Counted from the first letter of the whole stretch, positions 1 through 14,122 are shown. The stretch: 61,803 nt of DNA, filler included, from Choristocarpus tenellus KU-1152 (GCA_964200185.2; 13 parts of 13 records of this genome joined end to end with filler, not necessarily neighbours in it); one strand, 5' to 3'. Program-made: numbers and translations. Notes: generated by a model from the sequence alone, not told the origin.

Positions 1-131
1 GCACAAAATCGGGGTAGGTACTGTACATACCTAATGTGTAAAGATTCATATGTTCTTGCAAGGTACGATTTCTAAGGAGGAGAGGCTGAGATCATTTATA
101 GACCAAAAAATTGGGAATAGAAGCATATATT

Positions 132-250
132 AACAGCCGATTTCAAAAATTGAGGATGGAGCTTTTCATTGAGGATGGGCTTGACCCAAAATTGACTGGG
201 ATGAAGTGTCGATATGTTTTTTTTTGTACACGTGTCTGAAATCGACTGTT
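132..250. mobile_element. Small MITE-like element, family C
   Basis: Terminal inverted repeat AACAGCCGATTTCA / TGAAATCGACTGTT. Related sequence recurs at 8613-8649 (reverse) and 53354-53490. Confidence 0.6.
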
Positions 251-699
251 TATTGTAGAGATATTGAAATCGAGGTTGTTCTATAAAACGATGAATTTCT
301 TGTCAATGCATCAAGTAATCAAGGAATCTTTATATAAATTATCACATACCCTCTCACTTTTTGAAGATCTTTCAAATGGTGTGATATAGAATAGTAATAA
401 ATATAGAACACAATATATATATACCCCAATACTATATCAAATTCTCGATATACCAATTAAATCGTTCTTGGTTGTTGGCGTGGTGGAGGAAAACTAAAAA
501 AATAAATAGACATATTTTCGGAATTTATTTTGTTTGTCCAAGATTTTTTTGTATGGTGTAAGTATACATGTAGTGGGATGGTGTGAAAGTACCTCAAACC
601 TGATGACAATAATATTGTTGGTGGTGTCAGTGATGATTTCCAAGATGGGGTTATTGAAAGGATCATTGTTGACAAAACATGACGTAGTCGAATACATCT

Positions 700-2000
700 T
701 AAGGGTACTTTGAGGATACTACAAGTGTCAGACGTGCAATGATTTATGGAAGATGTATGCCAACGGTAGGAGTGGGAGGAGTAGCATATGCCACACTTCA
801 CACTCGTAGATAGGACAGGTCGGGAACAATGTTTGCACAGCATTGAGACACTCTGGACACACCAGACTTCGGGAAAAGTTTCTTGAGGGTCACAAATGTT
901 CTCAAATTACTAACACATTCTGTAGGACCAATCAACCTAGATTGCTGCACAGGCAAGACGTCACAAATATATATCTCCAAAATGACATAAATGACTCGAC
1001 TCAGGCCTGCTGGCTGTCCCTAGGGCTACAAGTCGTAGACTCCAAATTCTTTATCAAATTCTGGGATACAGGAGCAACAATGTATCTCTAGTCATCCCTA
1101 GGAGCAAGGGGTGTGAAATAGGGTCCTAGAGGGGTGCTGGAGGAACTGATACTATGGGTACTCCAGGGGGACCTACAGACGCTGAGGGAGGGATATAATC
1201 TTGGCAACCAAGGCTTCATTTCGCTCATACAGGGAGTTCAACGACCTAACTGTTTTCACCTTCCTTATAGTCTGGTTATCAGGACTGACCGGGTCATTGT
1301 ATCACTTATCTGTGGCATGAGACAACTTATCCCTGACCTTACAGTCTGGATATGTCCACCTCCTGGTCCCCGTCGACTTGAGTGAACCAAACTGGAGTTC
1401 AGACAGTCCCTGCATACAGTCACTAACGTGGGTTTTACGCCCACCTAGCCTTCCTCCAAACTGCTTACCTCTTGTTGGATTGACCCCCTTTAACTCACGA
1501 TTTTGCTTGGATTATACCAAGCATTTTTCAGGAGGATGGGCAATTCAGCTCCATGTGGTCCCGATGCTATATATGACTCTACAGCACTGATGTACAGACA
1601 GGCCAGCCACAACTGCCAACAAGTATGAACCTGGACCCTCTGGATACGCAGTGGAGAGCATACTCGCTTAGTTGACTGCTGCTTCCTGCATGGTAAAGGA
1701 CTCAGGCCTCACGGTACATGCTGAACGTAAGAAAGGAGGAAACAACCCATCATCAAAGAAATACTTGTGCACGGCCTCCTTGAAATCAAGGTCCTGCTTC
1801 TCTAATTCAGTCACCAACTGATCGACTCTACTATAGATGCGATGGGCACAGACCCGCACACCCTCCTAGGGGTGTTGGCAACAGCCGCAACACTGTCTCG
1901 CCCAGGGTAACCCAACGCAACCAACAATCAGGATCTGCCATCATTGCCAATATCAATGGCTTGAATACCTGAAAGTGGGTGGTGACAATAGCCACTGGAT
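700..2000 (-). mobile_element. Decayed Ty3/Gypsy-like gag (and possible protease) remnant
   Basis: Minus-strand peptide EGVRVCAHRIYSRVDQLVTELEKQDLDFKEAVHKYFFDDGLFPP...QEAAVN is gag-like. It is followed by a degenerate zinc-knuckle-like stretch (SHI*HRDHMELNCP, about 1530-1580). Many stops and frameshifts; boundaries approximate. Confidence 0.5.
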
Positions 2001-2239
2001 CAGGTTGGTTGTATCGCAGTGAGGTGGACAGGAACAGGATCGAAGGTGAAGAAGAGAGTGAGGGATGATCTGAGCGTGGGTGATGATCTGAGAATGATCA
2101 AGGAACCCCAAGGCAGTGTGCATAAGTGCACGAACAAGGTGCACATTGACAAAGCCCCAAAAGAGAGGAAACAGAACAGAGCCAGCGCAAATCTGAGGCT
2201 TGAGTTGGGATAGTTCACAACCCAACCCAACTAACAAGA

Positions 2240-2498
2240 GAGTAAAAGTATTTTAGAGGGTAGGGCCACGTCCATTTGGGGACCAAAATCCAATCTTGCG
2301 ATTTTGATGTCATTTTGGCTATCGCGTTTGTTAGGAAGTGTCAATATCCTTGTTCCAGACACACCTTTTCATAACGTATACATTTTACCTACTCCGAAAC
2401 ATTTTGGAGTAGGAAAATGTAATAAAAAAACCCATGGGAAGTCAAGCCCTAAATGGACAAACAGGGAAAAACTCTTACCCTCTAAGATACTTTCACTC
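2240..2498 (+). mobile_element. MITE family A (about 260 bp, PIF/Harbinger-like)
   Basis: TIRs GAGTAAAAGTATTTTAGAGGGTA / TACCCTCTAAGATACTTTCACTC, non-coding interior shared with about 10 other copies. Flanks AGA/AGG. Confidence 0.85.
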
Positions 2499-2610
2499 AG
2501 GGTCGCTCATGGTGACCTCAAACAATCAAGAATGACACTAGAGTGTCTCAAAGAGACCATCGTCACTCAAAAGAGGATCTGAGATGGAGACAAAGAATCC
2601 ATGGAGAAGT

Positions 2611-2868
2611 TTCCAAAGTATCTTAGAGGGTAGGGCCGCGTCCATTTGGGGGCCAAAATCCAATGTTGCAATTTTGATGTAATTTTCGCTATCATGCTCA
2701 TTAGGAGATGCCAATATCCTTGTTCCGGACACTCCTTTCCAAAATGTACACATTTTACCTACTCAGAAAGATTTTGGGGTAGTTAAAATTTCATTAAAAA
2801 CGCGTGGGTAGCCAAGCCCCAAATGGACAAACAGGGAAAAATTCGTACCCTCTCAGATACTTTCACTC
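2611..2868 (+). mobile_element. MITE family A copy
   Basis: Same interior and right TIR as 2240-2498; left terminus eroded. Confidence 0.85.
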
Positions 2869-5654
2869 ATAAATGTTGAGACCAGTCCTGTACCTCTTGC
2901 GGGACATCTGCTAAAGGGTAATGTCCACCCGGTCCTTCTTCTGAGAAAAGGCTAGGGCTCATGCACCGAAAAACCCTCGTTGCTCCCATGGCATGGAGCC
3001 AGCTCTGAATATTTGGGCTGCTGACTGTGAGACCCGGTTTGGTGAGCATGGTGGAAAGTTGGCAAAGAGTCGGTGCGCAATTACAGGCGTTGATTCCCCA
3101 GACCCCTGCTTGTTTCGTTGGCATAAAGTCCGACAGCCAGCCAGATCATGGTTGCGATTTTAGAGAGACGGGATTCCCATTGTCTAGCTAGCTGTCCTTC
3201 ATGCTCGTCCACAACAGTCTAGGGTATCTATCTCTCTCCCACTCCAAAATCTTCAACCAATTTAGACCCCACACCCCTTGGGTGCACAGTCCTGAGAGTA
3301 TCTCGTGACCCGGAGGAAGATTCAACGTGTAACACAGAACAAGTACAGTCCGATATTCTTCAGTAATCTTGCCGTTCTTCCACTAGCGATGGACTTTGTG
3401 CCTGAAACAACAAGTTCTGGGGGCTCGCCATGGGGGTTGTACACATGCAGTATCCGAGAAGACAGAATTTGTGTTCCTTGCTGTCAATGTGGAGGGCTGT
3501 TGGAGAGCTATGCTCTTGAGTATGTACCACCAACGAGGTTGTGAGAGTGGTGGACGGCTCCACACTCCAGCTGGACCATTAAAAAATGACCCAAATATTC
3601 CCCATTCTGTGTTCCATTCTTTTGGAAGCATTTCAGAACGGATTTCTTTGCAGAATTCTTCGGGGTTTTTGTGTTCATGTAGAATATTCCAAGGAATCCA
3701 AGGCAAAAATCCGTTTGTAATCGGAGGTCATGTCGAAGAGTTACAACTTAATGGCACAGACTTATGGGACAACGGGAGTATGTCTTAACAGTACAGGAGC
3801 TCGGCCATCAAGAGAGTGCCTGGATCTGGCAACAGGCCACGGGTACCCCCCAACCTGGTCCAGCCAGTTGGTCCAGTTAGCTACTCGTTAGGTGCAAAGC
3901 ACTACCTCACATCTGCTTCCAGTCCCAAAGCAGTTAATATCAAATGTGGTCCAGGAGAAGTGAAATAAAGCACAAATGGAGTTTTCAACAACATCTACGG
4001 ACAGGGATCATAGGAATAAAACCAGTGCTTTCAATAATGAGTTTGTCACTTCTAAGTGTAGGTGGGATATGACTACTGTTGAGAACCATGAGAGTTTATT
4101 CGGGTTCAGTTCAATAAATTGAGAATAATTGAGATCATATAACATTAAAAGTTCGGTTATTTGTTTCTTTCCTACTGACACACATGAAACTGACACAGAA
4201 AAAAATTGTATAACGTGTATGTATGTGCCTTCTCTCCTTCGTGTCATCTCAAGAGTGACCACATATAGAATTCTTAGTTAGTGCTATAGTGGTAGAAGAG
4301 GCGTAGCATAATTCAATGGATCCATCTGTGCTTTTCACAGCTATGCCCACTGTGGCATATTGTTCGGCCTTCCTTATGCATTACATGGCTTAGTAATAGT
4401 CTGTCTAGGATACTGCCGGAGGTCGTACGTTTGCCAACAAAGAAAGAGGGCAGAAAAGAGTTTAAATCGGAATTCCTCACATCAAAATAGAAAAGATCCC
4501 GTTCTAATCAGGGGGCATTTTATACCTCACGGTGTCGTGTACCAGTCAGCAACCAGCATGCATTTCGCATGCATCCCCTCATGTGCCAACTCTTTAATCA
4601 ACATAATCGAACATTTTCCAACCAATTTAGTTTTAACCGAAAATTCGTTTGGTTTGCAACACCTTCTAACAGTCCTAAAAGAGACATGATCCTTGTCCCT
4701 ACAATGCACATCATATAGCAGTGCTAAGATGTACACAATGACAGGGTCTACACAATGACAGGGTCTACTTCATTCCTTTCCGGTGTGCCATGAAACGTAA
4801 TAGGGCATCCTCACGTCATGGCTCACTGGTTGAGAAGTTTGTTCCCAGTGCGAATTTCGCAAATTCAAACTACTTCGATGCCAGAATTCCTTTTCCAGAA
4901 ATATGTTTTGAATTATCCAATTCCATGGCAAGCGCGATGGGTAGAACACCAGCACTGTCCTGTCTGTCGCTATATAATAATAACGCCAGACCAAGATCGA
5001 GGTGAAAACTTCAAGGTGGTTACATCACAAGATTCAACGGAGGAGACACATGAGCAGCAAGGCAGGAATGGAGGCCATTCAAGTAGTCGTAGTACAGTTA
5101 GATTGAGAAGTAGGGCAGTGTGTAGCGCCTCTAACCATGGATCAAAATCATCCCTGACTGATGTTAAGACAACAAAAAGCTATTATAAATATAAATATAG
5201 ACACTGATGCAGCTCTATCTGGTAAGTCAACCTAGTTCTAAACAGCAAGAAAGCATCTCCCTTATTCTGATTTGCGTGGACACTGTAACTTCAAAACACC
5301 AACCATTTCATTTCACCAAATATTTGTCTCTGCATGGTGCTGGCTTCAGGTGGGGGCATTCTTGGAAGAGATATGTAAGGAGCGTTCTACCAACGTTCTT
5401 CTGAGCAAGACCAAAGAAAGTGACAGTTTTTCTCCAGAGTATTTCTGTTCTTGTTTTGTGTTGGTCCAGCAGCAAGGTGTGATCTTGATATCAACTTGGT
5501 CAACTCCTTCTGATATAGATACGTAAGAGCTCACACTAGTAGTCCAGTACTCCATTGAACAAGCAAATTGCACTTCAGCTTAATGTAGAGTTGTCTGTTT
5601 TCTTTTTTCTATACTCACCTGCCAAGTCCCACGTTCCCTCAACTCCCTGTGCAG

Positions 5655-7269
5655 GCAATAAAGGCCATGAAGATGGTCTTGGGAATCCCACCTAGTGAGC
5701 CTGTCTCAGAATCTGTGATGTGCTTGCGGGTAGGATAATTGGGCGCAATAGCCCATGTCTGAAGCACTTCCTATTGCTCTCAAGTTTGTTCCACTTTCCT
5801 TGGTTGACCCTCATCCCTTTCCCTTAGCACTAAACTTTAGAGCCCTTAGCGTTGTGTACAACCTTTTTCTTGTGTAATTTTTTTCAATGGCAGTTTCTAA
5901 TCTTTGGTTGAAGCTCCATATTTGGTGATTTCCCAACCATTGATGTGGTGCAAATGCCATCAGTTCCCAATTCACTAGCTCACAAAACCATAAACAAATC
6001 CAATCCACCAATGTTCCAAAGGCTTCCAGGCATATTCCACCCTGTGACATCATCAGATTATATAAATATGTAATAGACGATAAGCCATAATCCTGAACGA
6101 TATTCTGATCCCAGACTTGTACCAATGATTTCTTGCCCAATGAAATATTCGGGGTTAGGACTCAAACGCTCAAGACAGTGGCAATCCCCTACAAGAGAAA
6201 GAGAAAAAATTAGATCATCAACCGGGACTTCCCATGTCAAAGCAGGTGAGAATGTGTCCGCAACTTGCTTGCTGGGCTAAGGCGTGCAGTAGAAAATTAC
6301 GGCATATGCCCTGAATCATGAGCAAGTCAAAGTAGTATGAACAAAACCCTGAGGATGTCCATGCAATGAAGAGGTAGTTGCTTGGAAGTCAGAATGGATC
6401 AGTGCACTACCTTGAGTTGGGAGTTACTTCTTTTGAAAGAGAGGGGGAGGGCAATAGATGAGCAAAATGAAGGTCTTTTTGAGGTAAGTGGTAGAAAGTA
6501 GAAAGTCAGAGGAAGGAGTTACCCTTCCAAGCTTGAGGTATTCTCCTCGACCATTGTGGGAACGATTGGGATGTTCAGGGGATGTGCTTGGAATCATACT
6601 CATCATACAAAGTAGCTCAAAATAAGACCCAGCACGTGAGAAGTGGATAGGGTAGATGTATTTCCCCGGAGCCAAAGCACATCGCCACTTGAAAAAAAAT
6701 CACTGCTATGGGTTTGGTGGGCAGAATTTCATAACTGTGCGAGACTAGACATCAGAGAGGTGAATCACCCCTTGGGGTTTGGGCAGTGACAGTACAATGT
6801 TGCAAGATCACAGAGTCATTGAGTTTGGCACCATATAAAAAAAAGTTGAAGGGATGGTGGAAATCCGTTTATCCCTCAGACCATTTACACCCCCAGAGTA
6901 TGACCTGATCTTGATATTCCTTTCACGTAAAAATTTGATGGCAGTGTGGTTGATGCTGTTTTGTATGTACTTCTCCTATGCTGACTGGTTTTCAGTCATT
7001 TGTGGACCTACATGATCAATCCAGCAAATGTTTCAGTCAAATAGCACATCGGCTTTGGCTGTCACTGTTCAGATGGTGCTTTATTTTCTCCTCAAAGCAA
7101 TTGAACTTTGCTACATTTGTCCATTTTACATGCATTGACTATGCCTTTCCCACAGGTAGTGGAATTTGATGAGCTTCTCACAGAGTCAATAGTAGCCTGG
7201 GAGGAGGTGGTGAAGCAGAAGATGGACCACATTCACTTTGTATTTGAGAAGTATTGCTCAATATACCAG
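5655..7269 (+). CDS. Candidate internal exons of an unidentified protein gene
   Basis: Exons 5655-5729 (AIKAMKMVLGIPPSEPVSESVMCLR) and 7156-7269 (VVEFDELLTESIVAWEEVVKQKMDHIHFVFEKYCSIYQ). Both are flanked by CAG/GT, stop-free and phase-compatible. No family recognised. Confidence 0.4.
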
Positions 7270-8366
7270 GTGGGTGACGTCAAGTCGTTGAGCGTACTTC
7301 ATAGACTTGGGTGATGATTTGCCGTTAACATTACGAAGAGTAAAACCAGGTATCTAGCAAAGTTTTTCCCATTTTTCCAATCATAACCACTTCCCCATGG
7401 CACAGCTAGAATGGTTCAGTCAAATTTTCTCACCCCAGGTCAAAACTTGTCAAAGAAAAATATACAGAACATAGATTAATTTAAGTAGCGGATAAAGGTT
7501 TTGGACAATGCGCTGCTTATTGGTCAATGAATAGATGTGTCTGTCTTCTGAGGTGAAAGTTGTACTAATTTCGCCAAGAGCTTATCAAAAAACTGGAAAA
7601 CAAATAGAGCCCAAGTTTCTAGACAGCAGCTTGTTAGGGGGCAAGAGACATTGTTCATGAGCCAATGAATCCTGCTCTCTTCTCCAATCTAATAACAATA
7701 TAAAGATATTTAAGTCTAGATTTTTACAGGGGAAGAACACCAGGGGCCCAAATATGAGATAATCCCAAAGACAGAGGGGAAATATAGAGTCTTCAAAAAT
7801 GAAAAAGTCACAGATCTGGTCCGATGATTTTCCCCAGACTAGAGGTTTGAGACAAAGACAGTTTTTTTCTTTCAGAAGAATCACTCTTTAGTGATTCAAG
7901 ATTCTGTTCTACGTTTGGGTTAGGGCTGCTTGATGTCAGGGGTGGGTGTTTCAAGTTGCTGGGAGACCTTGATCCAGCGTCTTGAAGTAGGACTCTTTTA
8001 GTCAGTAGGCATCAACTAAGCCCGAAAATTCCTGATTGTTCAATAACCTAGAAATCGGCAGTTGACAGACCCATACAACGCTTTCAAATCTGAACCTAGG
8101 TATGCATTATTCTCTATGTATCGAACAGGTTGTGTGGTAGTCAGACTAAACTATTAACCAAACCCTGAGGCAACTTATACCAAGGGTTTGACCAGTCTGG
8201 GTCTCATCCCAGGGAAATAAATCCAATATCTGAGATCTGAGATCCAAGTGATTATTTCATTGCTATTTTTGAAGTTAGTCTGTAGGGTTCTACACACGTT
8301 TCTCGTTAGTGGTCAGATAAAGCCAATACACAATGCTTGAGAAATGTGCAATATCATAGAAGACGT

Positions 8367-8512
8367 ATGTCAAAGTATCTGGGGGGGAGGGTGCCGGCGT
8401 CCGTTTTTCACCCTTTTTTTTTCGATTTTCACTTTTTTGGTGTGATTTGGTCATACGCGTCGGATTTGAAATGTCAGCAAAAAAAAAGGTGTTTGACCGA
8501 AACGGACGCCCC
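8367..8512. mobile_element. MITE family B (subfamily B2), truncated by contig end
   Basis: Begins GTCAAAGTATCT + poly-G. Interior matches 59249-59370 and the reverse complement of 24547-24698. Confidence 0.75.
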
Positions 8513-8612
8513 NNNNNNNNNNNNNNNNNNNNNNNNNNNNNNNNNNNNNNNNNNNNTTAATTAATTAANNNNNNNNNNNNNNNNNNNNNNNNNNNNNNNN
8601 NNNNNNNNNNNN
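8513..8612. other. Artificial contig spacer
   Basis: 44 N + TTAATTAATTAA (stops in all six frames) + 44 N. Confidence 0.97.
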
Positions 8613-8649
8613 GCCCCGATCCATCCTCAATTTTGAAAATCCACTGTTA
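8613..8649. repeat. MITE family C terminal fragment
   Basis: Reverse complement resembles AACAGCCGATTTCAAAAATTGAGGATGG at 132. Confidence 0.5.
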
Positions 8650-11600
8650 CAGGTCAGAAAAAATCCCTAAAAAAGTAACAGTGCTTCCAACCTACCTTAG
8701 TCCTGCACCCCAGGGTGAGGAACTAGGGAAGCATCCCAAGAATTTGTTGTGTATACAGACTGCATGAAAATATGTGCTGCATGAATGAATACAGATTTTG
8801 TCTGCAAAGTAAGTTGTGGGATATGGCATATTATATTCTTCTGGATAATATATCATGAAGCATATAAAAATTATAGGGGTTAGGTGGTGAATTTAGTTTT
8901 TGAGTGCTTCAAAGAAGAAAGCAATCCCAACAACTGCAAATAAATAATCTATATACATATCTGATGAACAAGAAGGAAGTGGAGTTGTGCATCAGTTGTG
9001 GAAGGCACAAACTTCTGGATGTGAGTATACCCAAAAACTTGTTGTGAAGGAACTCATTCCTTGAAGTAATAATAGTGAAATAAGCACAACACACAACACA
9101 CACACGACTTCAAGAACAACAAACCCAATAATTTCGTAAACAATACATGCGCGGCATGGCATGCACAAAGGTGGTACCACTATGAAGAAGGACAACGCTC
9201 AGAATGGGGTACATCTTTGTCCCATTTTAAGTCTCTTTATATCCGATGGTGGCAATCTAAAAAAAAGTAATATTATCCAGGAAAATGGCCTTCTCACTCT
9301 TCTTCTGTAGACGAGATACCCCATTTAGAGAGGAGTTCTTATTATGAACTATGTCAAACCTTAATCTTGCTTAATATGATACAACAAGATCAGCTCTATG
9401 CTCCCGTTTGTGCATCGATAGTTCGCAGATACATGCGTAAGTAAATGTATGCTGCATTTAAGTACGCACAATGTACAGAACATATTTGGTTGGACATTTT
9501 ATTCAACAGTCCTTGAGTTAGTGGGGAACACAAAGGGACCACGTAGTCACAGTCATCCTTTACTTGGGAATTTAATGCAGTACAGATATATTTCTTGGCA
9601 CAGCAGCAGTAAAGGTGTGGCTGGGTTTGTATTGTGCGGGGAAGGGGGTATCGAAAAAAGGTCTCTGTCAAAGATTCAGACACCACTCACTGCTCCACTG
9701 AGGCATGCAGTCCCAGGGCAGACAGTCATACAACTGTCTTCCCCGATACAACAGTTGTATCTCCATGCTTGACAAGACCCAAACAATTTTCCACAGGGAA
9801 CCCAATAATCACTACCTCATAACCAGTTGCGTCTTCTTTGATGGGAATCTTCAAATCTGAGAAAATCTTACCAACTACACATACAAATCACAATTGGCAT
9901 GTTTTTGTTTATGATACAGGTTCCGTATCTTCCTCATGGCTCTCTACCAGGGTTTGGAATAAGGGACTTTGGGGGGCCGGGTCACCAGCATATTTGGTCT
10001 TTAGTCCACTTGGAATGTTGCAGTCGACAGAGGGCTATGAAGATAAGCATAAGCATGAGGCTGCAAATAGTACAATACTATTAGATTCTGCATACACACG
10101 CAAGCACACACACACACACATATGCATACTGTCAATAAACTACAGTATACTTCAAGTATTTCTCAACTTGGTCGTAGTATATCGATGACTAACCAAACCC
10201 TACCTAAGAGAATGTGCATGCAACAACAGTCACAATTGGGTCGTTGTATCAAAGACTCAGGTGTGTTGAGAAGGACAGGAAAGAACAACGGAGGACCTCT
10301 CAAAATCGAGGGCACAGGTAATTCCCCCATATGGATGCACACAGAAGCGTGAGCAAGATGCGCGAAACCAAATCCGAACAGATCCTGCTCAAGTCTGACT
10401 CTTGAGTTGCTACAAGAGCCACAACCCAACAAACAAGGATCTGTTAAAAAGAGCCCAGACAGACCAACAATCAACACAATTCTGAGAACAAACTAAATTT
10501 CCGACTCATGCCCAACACAGGTGAACTAACTGTCAAAATCCAAAATGACCCTGTGAAGGATTTGCAACCGGAGATATCCCAAGAGAGGCGTCCCCTGGAC
10601 AGTTAATTCGTATTTTTTATGTTGCGTTATTTTATCTAAACCGTAGGGATAGCAGGTGTATACGTTAGTGAACGTTACCTAAACAAATATGCCGACATCC
10701 GACCTACTCTTCATCTTCTCTACTACATACACAAAAGCAGCACTCACTACTCGCAACAAAACTGACAGCAATCAAGCAACATGTGGAAACTTTTGAGGTT
10801 GCAACTCTGGACCGAAGCCCCTTGACTCAACTGCCTTGCCTTACATTCTCTTGAGAGATACAAAAGAACTGTCCAGAAAGGATCCACAAAAGTGTGCATC
10901 TTGCCAGAGCATGTAATGTGCATTCATAGTGTACAAAGGAGAAAACATGTGCTTTACATGGAGATGTGAGAAATGACACAAAATAAATATATTCTTGGGC
11001 AATGTAGTGCATGCCATGCAGCATAGAATAAAATCTGGCAGTCCAACTCAAAAATCATTTCTACTTTTCCATGTGCAGTGTATTTATATGAAACACTTGA
11101 GACACAAACTACCCTAGGACACCGATAAAAGTCCAATGCTAGTACAGCACACCTCATTGGGCTTTGAGCTAATAGATCAGAAATCAAATTGCTGCAGCTA
11201 AATGAATGTATGGTAAAAAGCTTTACCACAGCTACCAAGAGGAGCTAAGAAAAAAGAAATCATCGGACAACATGGACTTCATGACGAAACAATTGTTTGT
11301 TTGTCTAGAGCTCTACTCTCTTAAAATAAAAGCTATATGGGGCAGGGGGAGGGCTTATACTCAGCTTTAGTTTACGACAGAGCATAGGGAAAAACACCAT
11401 AAATTATCCAATAGTGATATAAACGGGTAACTAGTGTAACATTCCTTACTTCATCGCACAAGTGTCACAACAAGATCATTTGGTTCTCACTCGATAAATT
11501 TCCACCAGAGAACAAAAAACGGTTATCAAGCGCCCCTCCCCTTGAAGAACACTTGAACTTCAGGTAAACCCCGTTAAAGTAGAAAATGGCTCACAAAAAT

Positions 11601-11737
11601 AACCCTACGGTCACAATTTGAAGCAAATTTTCTCCTGACTACTATTCCATCATATGATCGCCGGACAAAAAGGCAATGAACAGAAAGTACTCCACATGCC
11701 ATGATGCCTGTGGCGTATCGCCATGACTCAGCACTAA

Positions 11738-12858
11738 TCAACCCAACACAAGGGCAGTAAGAGTAGAAACTGCAATAACACCAACAGTGACAACTGCTCC
11801 CAGTGAGCTCATACGGGGGGGGGCACCAGATTCCGTATTGAGAGTTGTGACCAGCAGCTCCTGCGAAGAAGTGACCAATCAAAACAAAGGGGAACATGAG
11901 GGCAGCAGGGTGTCAGGGGTAGGACGGTGTCTCAAGACTTACAATGAAAATGGTGTGTAGATAGGGTGAAGCACAGTGACAGGCCAATGTACTTACTAGG
12001 TAAGAAGTCTGCATACCCCTTTGATTATAGCTACATCACTACAACAAACAAGGAAAGCTAAAAAAAAGTAAATACATACACACACACACACACACAACTC
12101 ATCTAATAACAAGAAATCGAACTACACGATGAGCATGAGGTATCATCACAGGGGGCAAAAAAGTAGAGGAAATTAATACAAGCCCCCAGGGTCCCGGGTC
12201 AATCAAGTACCTCACATTTTCAAGCCATAGATTCAAGACAATCTCAAAACCGAATCCCTAGCCCACCTGGTACCAATTCACAGTGTCCACAAGAGAGAAG
12301 TTACCACTATTGGGGTCATCAAGTATCTGCCCCCCAAAAATATAAATACGGCCCGCCGCGTCGTGATTCACACCACAGTAACGCAACCGCTCAAATGGAA
12401 GATTGAACAGTTCACCGGAGTCAGTCCAGCAGTCCGCCACCGGGTCATACCACTGCGAGGGAATACAGTCAATGCAAGGATTAGGGCTAGGGAATTACGT
12501 ACAGAGAGAGGGCAAAAGTGGGCTGGTGAAGGGGCATTCAAACAAAACAAAAAAGACTCCATTCGTCTACTCTGTCCTCATTTCTAGACTCTGGACAGGC
12601 GTGCCAACATCTGCAAGTCATCAAACTCTGGAGGTTGTTGACAATGTTCCAAAGAGAGCACATTTTGCAGTAGTGCCATGACAAGCAACAAATGTCACCC
12701 AAATCACTTTCACAATGGCCCTGTGACCTCCTATCCCCCCCTCCCCCCACACACACGTGCGTGCGCACACACACAAATCATACCTCAATGTCCTTCATAA
12801 GACCAAAATTCTCCTGCTCTCCGCCCATGACAGTGATCCGGTCGTTGAGAACACTGAT
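11738..12858 (-). CDS. Kelch-repeat protein, last three exons, with hydrophobic GPI-signal-like C-terminus
   Basis: Exons about 12858/12853-12784 (ISVLNDRITVMGGEQENFGLMKDIE), 12452-12267 (WYDPVADCW...GRIYIFGGQ...VNWYQ) and 11860-11738 (ELLVTTLNTESGAPPRMSSLGAVVTVGVIAVSTLTALVLG*). Canonical splice sites, phase-0 joins, Kelch GG...YDP...W signature. Confidence 0.8.
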
Positions 12859-13371
12859 CTCCATCCAGGTCAGTGTAGAAAAGGAAAATATGGAACGTTA
12901 CAGCAGAAGTAGCAACAATGTCAGGAAAAAAAACCAAAAAAACACACACACACACACACAGTCCTCCAGCACAATCAAGAAAGGTGTTTAAAGAAAAACC
13001 AGACAGAAGCCACATCAGTTGCAGTTCAGTGAGAGGGTGTGGGACTGACTTTCCACTCCCTGAACATGTCCTGAATACTTAACCCACCACTTCCCTAACC
13101 TCCCTTCACAACAACATGCCCACAATCCAGAAACCAATACGACATCCAAAAAATTATCACTATAAAACCCATCATAGCACAAAAGGATCCCAAAAAAAGT
13201 TGAGTGTTTGGAAAGTGGAGATTAATGAGTCTATTTTGGAGCTGTGTAACTCTCAAGATTCCACACATCAATATTTCATTTTCCCGTTGCCTTATAAATA
13301 CCCTCCCCCCACCCCGCCCCCCCACCCCCCCCCCATACCATCCCCCCACCACCCCCCCCCGCAAGCGCGAA

Positions 13372-13471
13372 NNNNNNNNNNNNNNNNNNNNNNNNNNNNN
13401 NNNNNNNNNNNNNNNTTAATTAATTAANNNNNNNNNNNNNNNNNNNNNNNNNNNNNNNNNNNNNNNNNNNN
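13372..13471. other. Artificial contig spacer
   Basis: 44 N + TTAATTAATTAA + 44 N. Confidence 0.97.
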
Positions 13472-13539
13472 CAAATTTGCAACATTAGATTTGTGGCCCC
13501 CAAATGGACACGGCTCTGCCCTCTAACATACTTTGGCTC
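13472..13539 (-). mobile_element. MITE family A terminal fragment at contig start
   Basis: CAAATGGACACGGCTCTGCCCTCTAACATACTTTGGCTC is the reverse complement of the family A left end. Confidence 0.7.
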
Positions 13540-14122
13540 ATGTGGTGATAATGAGCAAAAGAACTTTTAAACAGTCAGGATGCAAAGGATTATTACAACA
13601 GCAAAGTGAACATCATTTGTCTTCATCAATAATGAACCAAGTCGTTATCAAACTTCAACCTCGAAATCAAACAACAACAATTCCACAACAAAATTGCAGT
13701 CCTTTGATAACCAAGAAAAAATATGTTGGAAATAGGTGCTACATTTCAACATCAAGATGGAATATAGGTCAGTAATATAGTTTAACAGACTGAAGTGATA
13801 TACTGTTGTGAAAATAGTTTAGGTACAACCACGGCAATCAATGGTCTTTGCATGTGATCGAGCACACAGAATCAAGTGCAACAGAGATGCCATCTAGGCC
13901 CAGTGCAGTACGTAGTAGGGAGGCACATGAAGTTATTCAGGCTATAGACTATCCCCATATCTAAATGTGTGTCTCATCTACATTGCACTATTACAGTAAT
14001 TGGTTGCAACCAAATCCCCCCCATTTTCCCATACACAGTAGGAATGTGATGCAGTCTTCAGAGGAGAGATTGGGCACTAGAAAAATGAACCTTTTGTTGG
14101 TGCCCTCCACCTAATGCATCAC

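Noticed and set aside
457-843. PHD/zinc-finger-like CKHC...CGIC...H pattern
   Set aside because: The spacing is incomplete and it lies within a decayed retroelement where TG-rich decay inflates Cys/His codons.
843-1091. Plus-strand 'FWDTGAT' as an aspartic protease motif
   Set aside because: It is followed almost immediately by a stop and lies opposite to the gag remnant; likely chance.
2304-2753. Recurrent ORFs 'VNILVPDTPFHNVYILPTPKHFGVG' as a protein family
   Set aside because: They are translations of non-coding MITE family A copies, with inconsistent frames and ends.
3410-3570. Calpain-like 'GGTYS...LHVYNPHGE' on the minus strand
   Set aside because: It is interrupted by stops, lacks the catalytic His context, and the similarity is too short.
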